A stretch of DNA of 25,771 nt, taken from the IMG/VR virus record IMGVR_UViG_3300032233_001013, positions 1 to 25,771 of that record; one strand, 5' to 3'. The DNA is from a virus (taxonomy: Duplodnaviria; Caudoviricetes). The notes beneath the pieces were generated by a model that was given only the letters and a program-made list of their open reading frames with translations, was not told the origin of the DNA and did not search any database. Shown in pieces: positions 7,841 to 15,932 of the stretch (the first letter of the stretch is position 1; each line of letters begins with the position of its first letter). A program made the position numbers and the translations under genes.

Positions 7841-7869
7841 TTGACAATGTCTAGTTTTTGTGGTACAAT
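7841..7869 (+). promoter_or_regulatory. sigma70 promoter, near copy of the promoter at 4872
   Basis: TTGACA (7841-7846), 17 bp, TACAAT (7864-7869) with extended TGn; shares CTAAAAACTTGACAA and AATATAAGTTG with the 4872 promoter. Confidence 0.88.
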
Positions 7870-7965
7870 ATAAGTTGAGTAAGAAGAAGTGAGAGGGTTA
7901 GATTGGCAGTCCCGCTAATCTAACAAATGTTAGAAACGAAATGAAACTAAACGAAGGAAATGAAA

Positions 7966-9033
7966 ATGTCAGAAGTTAAATTTGGTAAGAGCGTCACACT
8001 CAAGCAAGCCGCGAACCTGATTCGCACCAACCCCACTACTCGCTTCATGCTAAGAGGCGAGCCCGGCATTGGCAAGTCTTCCCTATTGGAGAGTATTGCT
8101 AAGGGCTTGGGCTACGACTACGCATACATCGATGTGCCGAACCTAGACTTGGGCGACATTGCCATGCCGGTCATCGACCACGAGACAAAGACGACTCGGT
8201 ATTATCCCAATGCCCGATTCGGTATCCATACAGGCAAGCCGATGGTCATCATGCTTGACGAGTTCAGCAAAGGCGCTGACCCAGTGAAGAACATGCTCCA
8301 CCCCATGCTTGAGAAGGCGAACCCTCGACTCGGTGACATCCCGCTCGACAAGAACCAGACTGTTGTGTTCTTGACCGGCAACCTGAGCACCGATGGCGTG
8401 GGCGACACTATGAAAGCGCACAGCTTGAATCGTATCGTGCCTCTGACTATCAGCAAACCTACATCCGAGGAATGGATTGAGTGGGGCATGAACAATGACA
8501 TCGAGCCAGAGATATTGGCATGGGTGAATCGATTCCCTCACGCAATGGCTAGCTACACAGACGCAGGGCAAGGCGACAACCCGTACATCTTTAACCCTAA
8601 GCGGGCACAGGTAGCGTTCGTGTCTCCGCGTTCACTGGCAACGGCATCTAACATTGTTAGGACTCGCAAGCAGAATGACTCTGACTCTGTGATTGCGGCG
8701 TTGGCTGGTGCGATTGGCGAATCGGCGGCGCGTGACATGCAAGCGTACATCGAGTTCTCTGACCAACTGCCTAGCTGGGAGAACATCCTCGCAGGACCTG
8801 CCACTGCGAAAGTACCAACAAGTCCGGGCGCTTGTGCGATTGTTGTGTTCGGTGCGATTGCTCGTATTGAAACGACAAGCATTGGCCCATTCATGCAGTA
8901 CTTGGAGCGACTCGATGCCGAGTGGCAAGCCGTGTTCGCTATCAACATTGCGAAGACACCGAGAAAGCAACAGATTGCGTTCGGCACGAAGGAGTTCTCC
9001 GACTGGGTTGCCAAGAACCAAGACTTGCTGTGA
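7966..9033 (+). CDS. AAA+ ATPase (MoxR/dynein-related type)
   Basis: Walker A GEPGIGKS, Walker B IMLDE, sensor-1 TGN, SPRS motif; start 7966 or 7960. Confidence 0.9.
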   Translation: MSEVKFGKSVTLKQAANLIRTNPTTRFMLRGEPGIGKSSLLESIAKGLGYDYAYIDVPNLDLGDIAMPVIDHETKTTRYYPNARFGIHTGKPMVIMLDEFSKGADPVKNMLHPMLEKANPRLGDIPLDKNQTVVFLTGNLSTDGVGDTMKAHSLNRIVPLTISKPTSEEWIEWGMNNDIEPEILAWVNRFPHAMASYTDAGQGDNPYIFNPKRAQVAFVSPRSLATASNIVRTRKQNDSDSVIAALAGAIGESAARDMQAYIEFSDQLPSWENILAGPATAKVPTSPGACAIVVFGAIARIETTSIGPFMQYLERLDAEWQAVFAINIAKTPRKQQIAFGTKEFSDWVAKNQDLL

Positions 9034-9039
9034 GGCGGC

Positions 9040-9333
9040 ATGGTGTACGCAGTTATCCATAGAGATACGGACTGGCCAGATGGGTTTGAGGAGATTTTGT
9101 GGCTAAGCAAAAGACTCAAGCTCTATGGGTACACAGTGAACCTAGCGGCCAAGATGTTTGCGTCACATGACGGCCCACAGTACAAAGTGTCCATCATCAA
9201 GTGGGAGCGCTCGTTCTTTGGGTCAGCACCTAAGCGCGAAGAGATAGGCACGTATGAGGACAAGACGGAGGCGGCGAACATGATTCGCTTCCTATTGAAT
9301 GTGGTGGATAAACGAATTAAAGAGAGGAACTAA
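9040..9333 (+). CDS. Hypothetical protein, 97 aa
   Basis: GAGG RBS; lies between the AAA and VWA genes; stop inside the palindrome at 9330. Confidence 0.75.
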   Translation: MVYAVIHRDTDWPDGFEEILWLSKRLKLYGYTVNLAAKMFASHDGPQYKVSIIKWERSFFGSAPKREEIGTYEDKTEAANMIRFLLNVVDKRIKERN

Positions 9334-9336
9334 CAA

Positions 9337-10551
9337 ATGTTAGAAGAACGGAAATTACAGAAGGCCAAAATTTCAGTGATGCGTGAACCCGCATTCGCGT
9401 TGTTGCAAGGCGTGATGATGGTTGGTCGTACGCACGTAGTTGATAACTTGCCGACAGCGTGTACCAACGGACGAGATGAGTCCTATGGGCGTCAGTTTAT
9501 TAAGGAGTTGCCCGACAAGGAACTGGCATTTGTAGTTGCTCACGAGGCATGCCACAAAATGTACCGACACCTGACGACATGGCGCAAGTTGCATGACGAG
9601 AACGCGCAGATGGCTAACTCGGCTATGGACTATGTGATTAACCTGATGCTCAAGGACTTAGACCGGAAGGAGGAGGTTATCTCTATGCCGCGCTACGCCA
9701 AGAACACGGGACACCCCAAGGCTAAGAAAGGTGACTTCATGGGCTTGATTGACGAGCGCTTCCGTGGGATGAACACCAAGCAAGTGTTCGACATTCTCAA
9801 GGAGGAGCAGGAGGAAGGAGGCGGAGAAGGCGGTGGCGATGGCTTTGATGACCACGATTGGGACGGCGCGAAAGACATGTCTGATGAGGACAAGGAAACG
9901 CTGGGGCGTGAGATTGACCAAGCGATTCGTCAAGGCTTGATTGCACACCAGAAGAATGTGGGCAAGGGCGGCGGTGGGTTAGACCGAGAGCTTGAGGACT
10001 TGCTAGCCCCGAAGATTAACTGGCGTGAGGTGTTGCGCGAGTTCGTCAAGACTACATGTTCCAACAAAGACGCAAGCTCATGGCGGCGGGTTAACCGCCG
10101 GTTTCTATCTACGGGCGTGTACATGCCGAGCATGATTGGCGAGAAGGTCGGGCACTTGGTTGTGGCTATTGACACATCAGGAAGCATTGGTGGGCCCGAG
10201 CTTGCCGAGTTCCTGAGCGAAGTGCAGGGTATCGCCGAGGAGGTCAGCCCCGAGGTGGTGGACTTAATCTATTGGGACGGCGAGGTTGCCGCGCATGAGA
10301 AGTATGAGGGTGCGGCGGTGTCTAACATTGTTAGTTCTACCAAGCCCAAGGGTGGTGGCGGTACAGACCCAAGCTGTGTATCGGAGTACCTGAAGAACGA
10401 GAACATCAAGCCCGAGGCAATCATTGTGCTGACCGATGGCTATGTACCGAACTGGGGTAGCGAGTGGACAGCGCCGACCATGTGGGTCATCAGCGGTGGC
10501 AACACCGATGCGGTATCAGACAACGGCAAGACTATCTACTTGGAGAATTGA
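9337..10551 (+). CDS. Putative metallopeptidase (HExxH) plus VWA domain protein (DUF2201-like)
   Basis: FVVAHEACHK zincin motif, Gly/acidic linker, MIDAS motif VAIDTSGS, GGGGTD and LTDG. Confidence 0.88.
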   Translation: MLEERKLQKAKISVMREPAFALLQGVMMVGRTHVVDNLPTACTNGRDESYGRQFIKELPDKELAFVVAHEACHKMYRHLTTWRKLHDENAQMANSAMDYVINLMLKDLDRKEEVISMPRYAKNTGHPKAKKGDFMGLIDERFRGMNTKQVFDILKEEQEEGGGEGGGDGFDDHDWDGAKDMSDEDKETLGREIDQAIRQGLIAHQKNVGKGGGGLDRELEDLLAPKINWREVLREFVKTTCSNKDASSWRRVNRRFLSTGVYMPSMIGEKVGHLVVAIDTSGSIGGPELAEFLSEVQGIAEEVSPEVVDLIYWDGEVAAHEKYEGAAVSNIVSSTKPKGGGGTDPSCVSEYLKNENIKPEAIIVLTDGYVPNWGSEWTAPTMWVISGGNTDAVSDNGKTIYLEN

Positions 10552-10552
10552 G

Positions 10553-10807
10553 GTGAAGATTAAGTGTGGTGATATGTATATGGTGGCGCTCAACAGCCAT
10601 CATCCATCTCGGTTGTATGCGTGGTCAGTCAGCCGAGTGTGGTGGAAGCCGTGGCGATACAACCTGCGCTTTCACTTCATAAAAAATTTGAAACCCGAAA
10701 AGGGTTGGTGGGTAAGGCTCGGTGGCGCAGAGGAAGTACACAGAAACCTGTCGTTCGATGGGGTGAAGGGCAGGTTGAAGTTGTTTGGACTATGGAAGGA
10801 GGATTGA
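10553..10807 (+). CDS. Hypothetical Trp-rich basic protein
   Basis: Fills the gap after the VWA gene; start uncertain (GTG 10553 or a nearby downstream ATG). Confidence 0.6.
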   Translation: MKIKCGDMYMVALNSHHPSRLYAWSVSRVWWKPWRYNLRFHFIKNLKPEKGWWVRLGGAEEVHRNLSFDGVKGRLKLFGLWKED

Positions 10808-10809
10808 AC

Positions 10810-11031
10810 ATGATGGTTGTTACCTTGGGATATTCCCACTTTGTGATGCCGACTAAGGATGCGGTGCAGTTACTGGAGATTCTTGAGAACGCCGAGCGGT
10901 ATGTGCTCAAGTATCGGGCGAATGACGCGAGCACTCACCATGTGTGGCCGAGCGATACGACTTTCGAGGCGAAGATGATTGGCACTGATTTGTACCGCAT
11001 GGCTAAGCTGGCGGGTAAACCGGAGGATTGA
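10810..11031 (+). CDS. Hypothetical protein, 73 aa
   Basis: GGAGG RBS; MMVVTLGYSHFVMP...KLAGKPED. Confidence 0.75.
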   Translation: MMVVTLGYSHFVMPTKDAVQLLEILENAERYVLKYRANDASTHHVWPSDTTFEAKMIGTDLYRMAKLAGKPED

Positions 11032-11032
11032 T

Positions 11033-11278
11033 ATGGGTAGCTTACAAGAAGAAGTGTTCAAGGACATTAGCGACCACTACACAAAAAATCTTGCGGCTTC
11101 TATCCGTGTGCAGGGCACGAGCATTTACCAAATGATTATGGACGGCAAGGACAAGCCCGACTACTACACCAGACGCAAGCATGGGAAGTGGACTATCTAC
11201 GACAAGGATGGTTGGCAGATAGCGGGACGATTGAATGAGCGAGAGATGAAGAACTACATGAAACTTTTAAAGGAGTGA
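11033..11278 (+). CDS. Hypothetical protein, 81 aa
   Basis: GGAGG RBS, ATG 11033. Confidence 0.7.
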   Translation: MGSLQEEVFKDISDHYTKNLAASIRVQGTSIYQMIMDGKDKPDYYTRRKHGKWTIYDKDGWQIAGRLNEREMKNYMKLLKE

Positions 11279-11282
11279 AGAG

Positions 11283-11480
11283 ATGACTGAAAAAGAAATG
11301 CAACTGGAAAGCATGGACATTGCAAGGCGTTTTGCGGAGAAGAACGCAACGAGTGGGGAGGGCATGCTTATCTTGGCAATGACCCTAGCTACTACGTTCA
11401 AAGTGAACGGGGTGTCACAGCATGAAGCAATCAACCGCTTCACAACTATCGTTAAGAAAGTATACGGAGAATTGAAATGA
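11283..11480 (+). CDS. Hypothetical protein, 65 aa
   Basis: AAGGAG RBS; ATGA overlap with the next gene. Confidence 0.7.
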   Translation: MTEKEMQLESMDIARRFAEKNATSGEGMLILAMTLATTFKVNGVSQHEAINRFTTIVKKVYGELK

Positions 11481-12331
11481 GCATTGCATCAAGCGCAGTT
11501 CTAGTAGAACTAAACATCAGCGTGTGGCCAGCCAACAAGGTTGACCGAGAGATGACCGAGACAGTGAACACCAACGCATCAGCGGTGCGGGATGCGTCAC
11601 AGACGCGGAAGAATCTGTTTGCGGGTACTACGCTACGCAAAGACATTGAGAAGCTGGCGGCGCGGATACGCCTCTATCACAACCAGAACACATTACCGTG
11701 GGCTGACAAGGGGCAGAGGTTGTTGCCGACTAAGTTGTTCATGGAGTACAAGCAGACGATGAACAACTACGAGGTGCAGTTCTCTCAACTGTGCAGTAAC
11801 TTTTTCGTGGAGTACCCGCGCCTAGTAGCCGAGGCACAACAGCACTTGGGCACGATGTACCGAGCCGAGGACTATCCCGACTTGGAAGATGTGCGGATGA
11901 AGTTCGGATTCCGCAAGGCGTTCGACCCGATACCTGAGTCTGGTGACTTCCGCTTGGATGTATCAGCGCAGGACTTAGAAGAAGTGAAGGCAGGCTACGA
12001 AGCGAAGTTCGACGAACGACTGGCCGAGGCTATGCGTACGCCGTGGGAGCGACTGCACACTGTGCTGACTTCCATGTCTGAGAAGCTGAAAGACGAGGAT
12101 GGTGTGGACTCGAAGAAGCGTTACCACGATTCACTGGTGACCAATGCACAGGACTTGGTTGGTTTGCTGGACAAGATGAACATTACGAACGACCCCAAGC
12201 TGGAGGAAGCACGTAAGCAGCTAGAGCTAACAATGTTAGGAGCTGACATTGAAACAATCAAAGAGAGTTCTCATGCGCGTGAGTCTATGAAGAACAAGGT
12301 AGATGCAATCTTGCAGAAGTTTGAGTGGTAA
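11477..12331 (+). CDS. Conserved phage protein, DUF3150-like
   Basis: 284 aa; LVELNISVW, TLPWADKGQRLLP, YP..EDVRMKF; this type of protein is recalled next to AAA/VWA pairs. Family call is tentative. Confidence 0.6.
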   Translation: MSIASSAVLVELNISVWPANKVDREMTETVNTNASAVRDASQTRKNLFAGTTLRKDIEKLAARIRLYHNQNTLPWADKGQRLLPTKLFMEYKQTMNNYEVQFSQLCSNFFVEYPRLVAEAQQHLGTMYRAEDYPDLEDVRMKFGFRKAFDPIPESGDFRLDVSAQDLEEVKAGYEAKFDERLAEAMRTPWERLHTVLTSMSEKLKDEDGVDSKKRYHDSLVTNAQDLVGLLDKMNITNDPKLEEARKQLELTMLGADIETIKESSHARESMKNKVDAILQKFEW

Positions 12332-12338
12332 GGAGAAG

Positions 12339-13166
12339 ATGATGAGCTATGAATTATTGAAGTTGCCCAACGTGCGTATAGGTAAGGACGCTGGGACTAT
12401 AGACGAAGTTAGGATGATGTCAGACGCTAAGAAATTGGCGTGGGAGGTAGCGACCAAGAACCCACTGTGGACTATTGAAGTGATGAGCCCACGCACTTTC
12501 CTTGTGCTGTGTGATAGGGAGCAGCTAGGCACCATCGGTTCCGAATGGCACGGCAGTAGCCAAAAGTTGTTTGTGCGTAACGACCGCATTGCAACGAACA
12601 ACGAACGCAAGGGCGCTTACCACACCGACAAGGTAGATAAAGCGTTGCTCAAGGTGAAGAAGAACTTTGGCCCGATGGTGTTAGCCGAGCGTATGGGCAA
12701 GGCGGTGCAGAAAGCAAAAGAGTGTATGAATGAGCAGGGGTACAAAAAGCAACTGGAGCTAAGGAATCACAGCGGCCCTGTCAACAAAAGCATGGTGGAG
12801 TACGGTAGGCAGCACATGCTTCAGTACACGCAATGGTTGAAGAACACGCATGATGCAGAAACGCTTGAGCATCTAACAAAGTTAGGAGAAGCTCAGCTTG
12901 ACATGAGGACTATCAAAGAGGTAACGCAGTGCATGGACGATGAAAAATTTGCACTGGTGGTGTTGGAAAGCGGGAAATATATTGTTAAGATACGCGACAA
13001 TGTACAACTGTACGGTGACACCGACTTGCCTTATGCTCTACGCGCCAAGGTGGGCATGCTCAAGTTGGTAGAGGACGAGGCGATGGTAACTGGCATAGGT
13101 TGCCGAGTGTCTAGTGAAATTTTTGTGGTGATGTTGGACGAGGAGAAGGGCAATGCACTTCCCTAA
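12339..13166 (+). CDS. Hypothetical protein, 275 aa
   Basis: AAGGAG RBS before ATG 12339. Confidence 0.8.
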   Translation: MMSYELLKLPNVRIGKDAGTIDEVRMMSDAKKLAWEVATKNPLWTIEVMSPRTFLVLCDREQLGTIGSEWHGSSQKLFVRNDRIATNNERKGAYHTDKVDKALLKVKKNFGPMVLAERMGKAVQKAKECMNEQGYKKQLELRNHSGPVNKSMVEYGRQHMLQYTQWLKNTHDAETLEHLTKLGEAQLDMRTIKEVTQCMDDEKFALVVLESGKYIVKIRDNVQLYGDTDLPYALRAKVGMLKLVEDEAMVTGIGCRVSSEIFVVMLDEEKGNALP

Positions 13167-13380
13167 AGCGCTACGCAAACAGCTAATTGAGTACGAGAAG
13201 GCTGGCTTCACAATAACTGAGATTGAGCCACGTAGCGGTTCGCATTTCTTGGTTGTGTTCGCCGAATTCCCACAGCCTCAAATCGTAAGCAAGAACTCAA
13301 GTTCCGAACCACGAGCCATCAAGAACAACATTTCGATATACCGCCGAATGGCGGCTGAGCATAAGGGGAAACAGCAATGA
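13153..13380 (+). CDS. HicA-like small protein
   Basis: EKAGFTITEIEPRSGSHFLVVF resembles the HicA GF...GSH pattern; 75 aa. Confidence 0.5.
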   Translation: MHFPKALRKQLIEYEKAGFTITEIEPRSGSHFLVVFAEFPQPQIVSKNSSSEPRAIKNNISIYRRMAAEHKGKQQ

Positions 13381-13589
13381 CAACAGGAATTGAATATCTT
13401 AAAGTAGAGAAAAAAAGACGAGGTCGCGGTCCTAGTAAGAAGCCGACCCTTGTCAATACGAGCTTGCGTTTGCCGCGAGAGGTGGTCGAGTACTTCGAGA
13501 CCTTTCCCAACAAGCAAGTCAAAATCCGAGAAGTTCTTACCGAGTACCTAAACAGCCAACAGCAAGGAGCTAACAATGGCAAAATCTAA
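13377..13589 (+). CDS. BrnA-like ribbon-helix-helix DNA-binding protein
   Basis: RGRGPSKKPTLVNTSLRLPREVVEYF resembles the RGRP..K...SLRL..DV..F pattern. Confidence 0.65.
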   Translation: MTTGIEYLKVEKKRRGRGPSKKPTLVNTSLRLPREVVEYFETFPNKQVKIREVLTEYLNSQQQGANNGKI

Positions 13590-14097
13590 GAAGCAAAGCA
13601 TATCAACCCGTGTACGCGCATACCAAGCAAAGCACCCCACTGCGAGTGCCAAGCAAGTAGCAGAAGCGTGTGGGACAAGCCCTGCGTACGTGTACGTTGT
13701 ACGAACTAATAACCCGAAGTGGAAAACCGTTTCTTTGGGCACTAGCGATAAGTCGATAGTCAAGCACCTTGGCGTGACTATGGCTAAGGACGATGTGACT
13801 AAGCTAACAGACGAGCAGACGGCGCGTATGGTCTACAACCTGACCAAGCCACGTATCCGTATGCAAGCGGCTGATGCGCCGCAAGCCGACAACGTCAACC
13901 ACCCTGCCCATTACAAGACAGGTGGAATCGAGACCATCGACTTCATAGAAGCCAAGCAGTTGAATTACCACCTTGGTAACGTAGTGAAGTACATCGCACG
14001 AGCCGACAACAAAGGCAACCGCAAGGAAGACCTGCTCAAAGCGCAGTGGTATCTGGGCCGCGAGATCGAGAAGTTCACTAGCAAGGAAGCGGCATGA
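13576..14097 (+). CDS. N-terminal HTH-like segment fused to a DUF3310 (SaV-like) domain
   Basis: ASAKQVAEACGTSPAYVYVV; C-terminal DNVNHPAHY..GGIETIDFIE...GNVVKYIARA..K...EDLLKAQWYL. Confidence 0.8.
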   Translation: MAKSKKQSISTRVRAYQAKHPTASAKQVAEACGTSPAYVYVVRTNNPKWKTVSLGTSDKSIVKHLGVTMAKDDVTKLTDEQTARMVYNLTKPRIRMQAADAPQADNVNHPAHYKTGGIETIDFIEAKQLNYHLGNVVKYIARADNKGNRKEDLLKAQWYLGREIEKFTSKEAA

Positions 14098-14327
14098 AAC
14101 ACCCGTACCACACACTGCTTCCAACTTACATGCAGAAGTTCCTGATGGACGCCGTCAAAGGCGGCATTCCGGAGATTGACAAGGTTGCTTCTGAGATGCG
14201 CGAGGTCTCGCCTCAAAGGTTTCACGACAGCAAGTCCGTTGAGTTGCGGGTGTTCTACAACGAGCCGCGCCAGAGCGTACCCAGTGCGGGGTTCATAGTG
14301 CCTTACCCTACTAGGACACGCGCTTAA
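14094..14327 (+). CDS. Hypothetical protein, 77 aa
   Basis: ATGA overlap; AAGGA upstream. Confidence 0.7.
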   Translation: MKHPYHTLLPTYMQKFLMDAVKGGIPEIDKVASEMREVSPQRFHDSKSVELRVFYNEPRQSVPSAGFIVPYPTRTRA

Positions 14328-14334
14328 AAGTTTC

Positions 14335-14422
14335 GGGGGGAAAGCGGATGCTGTGATGCCTCTGACCCGTAACAGGGAATTGTGGCAATAACCAGTGCGG
14401 CACAGACGCAGCGAGTACCCCC
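14335..14422 (+). ncRNA. Candidate structured RNA
   Basis: Nested pairings GGGGG/CCCCC, GCG/CGC, CTGTG/CACAG, TGCC/GGCA, CCC/GGG; GAAA opposite GAGTA resembles a loop-E motif; intergenic. Confidence 0.5.
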
Positions 14423-14439
14423 ACCTCTACTTTTACCTA

Positions 14440-14467
14440 TTGACAAAGTACAATGTTGTGCTACAGT
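14440..14467 (+). promoter_or_regulatory. sigma70-type promoter
   Basis: TTGACA (14440-14445), 16 bp, TACAGT (14462-14467) with extended TGn. Confidence 0.65.
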
Positions 14468-14489
14468 GAATTTAACGAAGGAAAAAACG

Positions 14490-14696
14490 ATGTGGAAATA
14501 CATGTGGACAGAGCTAAGGCTCATGCTCAAAACGGTGACGCCAGTACAGGCCGTCACACACGAACTACTTCACGCGGAGCACGAGCTTCTGCAAGCTGAG
14601 AGTGGTGTCGAATACGCACAAGCCCTAGTGACGTACAACAAGCAACGAGTCAAACGCTTGAAGGCGTATCTTGGAAAGACCGAGGAGGCAGCATGA
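14490..14696 (+). CDS. Hypothetical coiled-coil protein, 68 aa
   Basis: AAGGA RBS before ATG 14490. Confidence 0.75.
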   Translation: MWKYMWTELRLMLKTVTPVQAVTHELLHAEHELLQAESGVEYAQALVTYNKQRVKRLKAYLGKTEEAA

Positions 14697-14902
14697 CTAC
14701 AAACACAGGTGGGCCAGCGTTCCCATGCCACCCCGGCATTGAAAATCCGCTCTATGACGGCATGACCTTGCGCGATTACTTTGCGTCAAAGGCGATGCAA
14801 GCAATGGAGTCACGCGAACTTCCCAAAGCTATCCTTGCCGTTGATGTTGCTGAAGCAGCCTACGAAATGGCAGACGCCATGCTGAAAGCGAGGAAAGCAT
14901 GA
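14693..14902 (+). CDS. Conserved small phage protein
   Basis: TGGPAFP...GMTLRDYFA.KAMQ...AYEMADAMLKAR, a widespread phage family of unknown function. Confidence 0.85.
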   Translation: MTTNTGGPAFPCHPGIENPLYDGMTLRDYFASKAMQAMESRELPKAILAVDVAEAAYEMADAMLKARKA

Positions 14903-15078
14903 ACGAAGAAGTTCGTAAAGTCAAGCCGTATCCGGCAGTACCCGCCGACATAGACCCAGTGCCGGATACATGGCACACCATTGGCGCGTGGATGCTTGGG
15001 GGAATCATGACGGTGCTGCTGGTGATCTGCTTGGGACTGTTCTTTACTGGCCTTTGGGTATGGAGTCTGCTGATATGA
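14899..15078 (+). CDS. Small membrane protein, 59 aa
   Basis: Not in ORF track. MNEEVRKVKPYPAVPADIDPVPDTWHTIGAWMLGGIMTVLLVICLGLFFTGLWVWSLLI; ATGA overlaps. Confidence 0.7.
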   Translation: MNEEVRKVKPYPAVPADIDPVPDTWHTIGAWMLGGIMTVLLVICLGLFFTGLWVWSLLI

Positions 15079-15299
15079 CACAAGAAGAAGTAATCCAATT
15101 GATGCGTAAGGTAATTAAAGAGTCGGAGTACTACACCACATGGACAGTATCAACCCCGCACTTGGTGGAGTTGGTAGAACGTGCAGTCGAGGCAGAGCGT
15201 GAGGCGTGTGCGAAGGTAGCTGACGAATACGCGAACGGGCTGGAGCGCAACTACTCCGAAATCATTGCCGACACCATCCGAGCAAGGGGGAACACATGA
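15075..15299 (+). CDS. Small phage protein
   Basis: Start at ATGA overlap 15075; EAEREACAKVAD...IRARG pattern common in phages. Confidence 0.8.
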   Translation: MTQEEVIQLMRKVIKESEYYTTWTVSTPHLVELVERAVEAEREACAKVADEYANGLERNYSEIIADTIRARGNT

Positions 15300-15505
15300 G
15301 CAACAGCGTACTGGTTCAAAACGTAGGCGGTGTGTGGAGCGAGCGGCCTGATTGGTTTGCTCTCTCTTGGGGTGCTGGCGCAGCCGCAGGGATTAAACGG
15401 CTTGAGTTAATCGCAAACGACTGGACGTTTACGTTCAAGACTACGGAACAAAAGTTCTCTGCGGAGAATTTAAACATGCCATACGGCCCAAAGGTGAACA
15501 CATGA
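15296..15505 (+). CDS. Hypothetical protein, 69 aa
   Basis: ATGA overlaps at both ends. Confidence 0.7.
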   Translation: MSNSVLVQNVGGVWSERPDWFALSWGAGAAAGIKRLELIANDWTFTFKTTEQKFSAENLNMPYGPKVNT

Positions 15506-15684
15506 GCAAACAGAAGCTGCATGAAATGCTTGGTCTGTCCGTAGAGGAAACGCTCAACCGTTTAATCTGGCTTGGCCAAATCATGCACAAGCACAAAGAG
15601 GAGTTTGGCGAACCTCTGAACCTAAAACACCTTGAGGCGGTCTTGCATGCCAACTCGTGGCCCGAAGAGGAGAAGAACACATGA
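15502..15684 (+). CDS. Hypothetical protein, 60 aa
   Basis: ATGA overlaps at both ends. Confidence 0.7.
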   Translation: MSKQKLHEMLGLSVEETLNRLIWLGQIMHKHKEEFGEPLNLKHLEAVLHANSWPEEEKNT

Positions 15685-15932
15685 CCAAGCTAACAGGGGC
15701 CGCGCTTGACCGAGCCGTAGCCAACGCGATGGGATTTAAAAGCGTACACAACTGCGAGAAGTGGGTAGGGCTGACGGACGGCGAACTTATGGAATGCACT
15801 GTGTTTAAACAGTTCGACTATGACCCGCCCTACATCGACAAAGCCGGAGCGAAGCACGTAGGCAGTATGGAGGTATCGCTACGGGCGACCTACGAGAACA
15901 TCAACAACAAACTCAAGGAGAAGAACACATGA
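15681..15932 (+). CDS. Hypothetical protein, 83 aa
   Basis: AGGAG RBS, ATG 15681; LDRAVA and WVGLTD...LKEKNT segments common in small phage proteins. Confidence 0.75.
   Translation: MTKLTGAALDRAVANAMGFKSVHNCEKWVGLTDGELMECTVFKQFDYDPPYIDKAGAKHVGSMEVSLRATYENINNKLKEKNT

Noticed and set aside
3311-12885. Bona fide integron cassette array
   Set aside because: Sites lack L boxes and long imperfect stems, six copies are intragenic, and no intI is present; only the core resemblance is reported.
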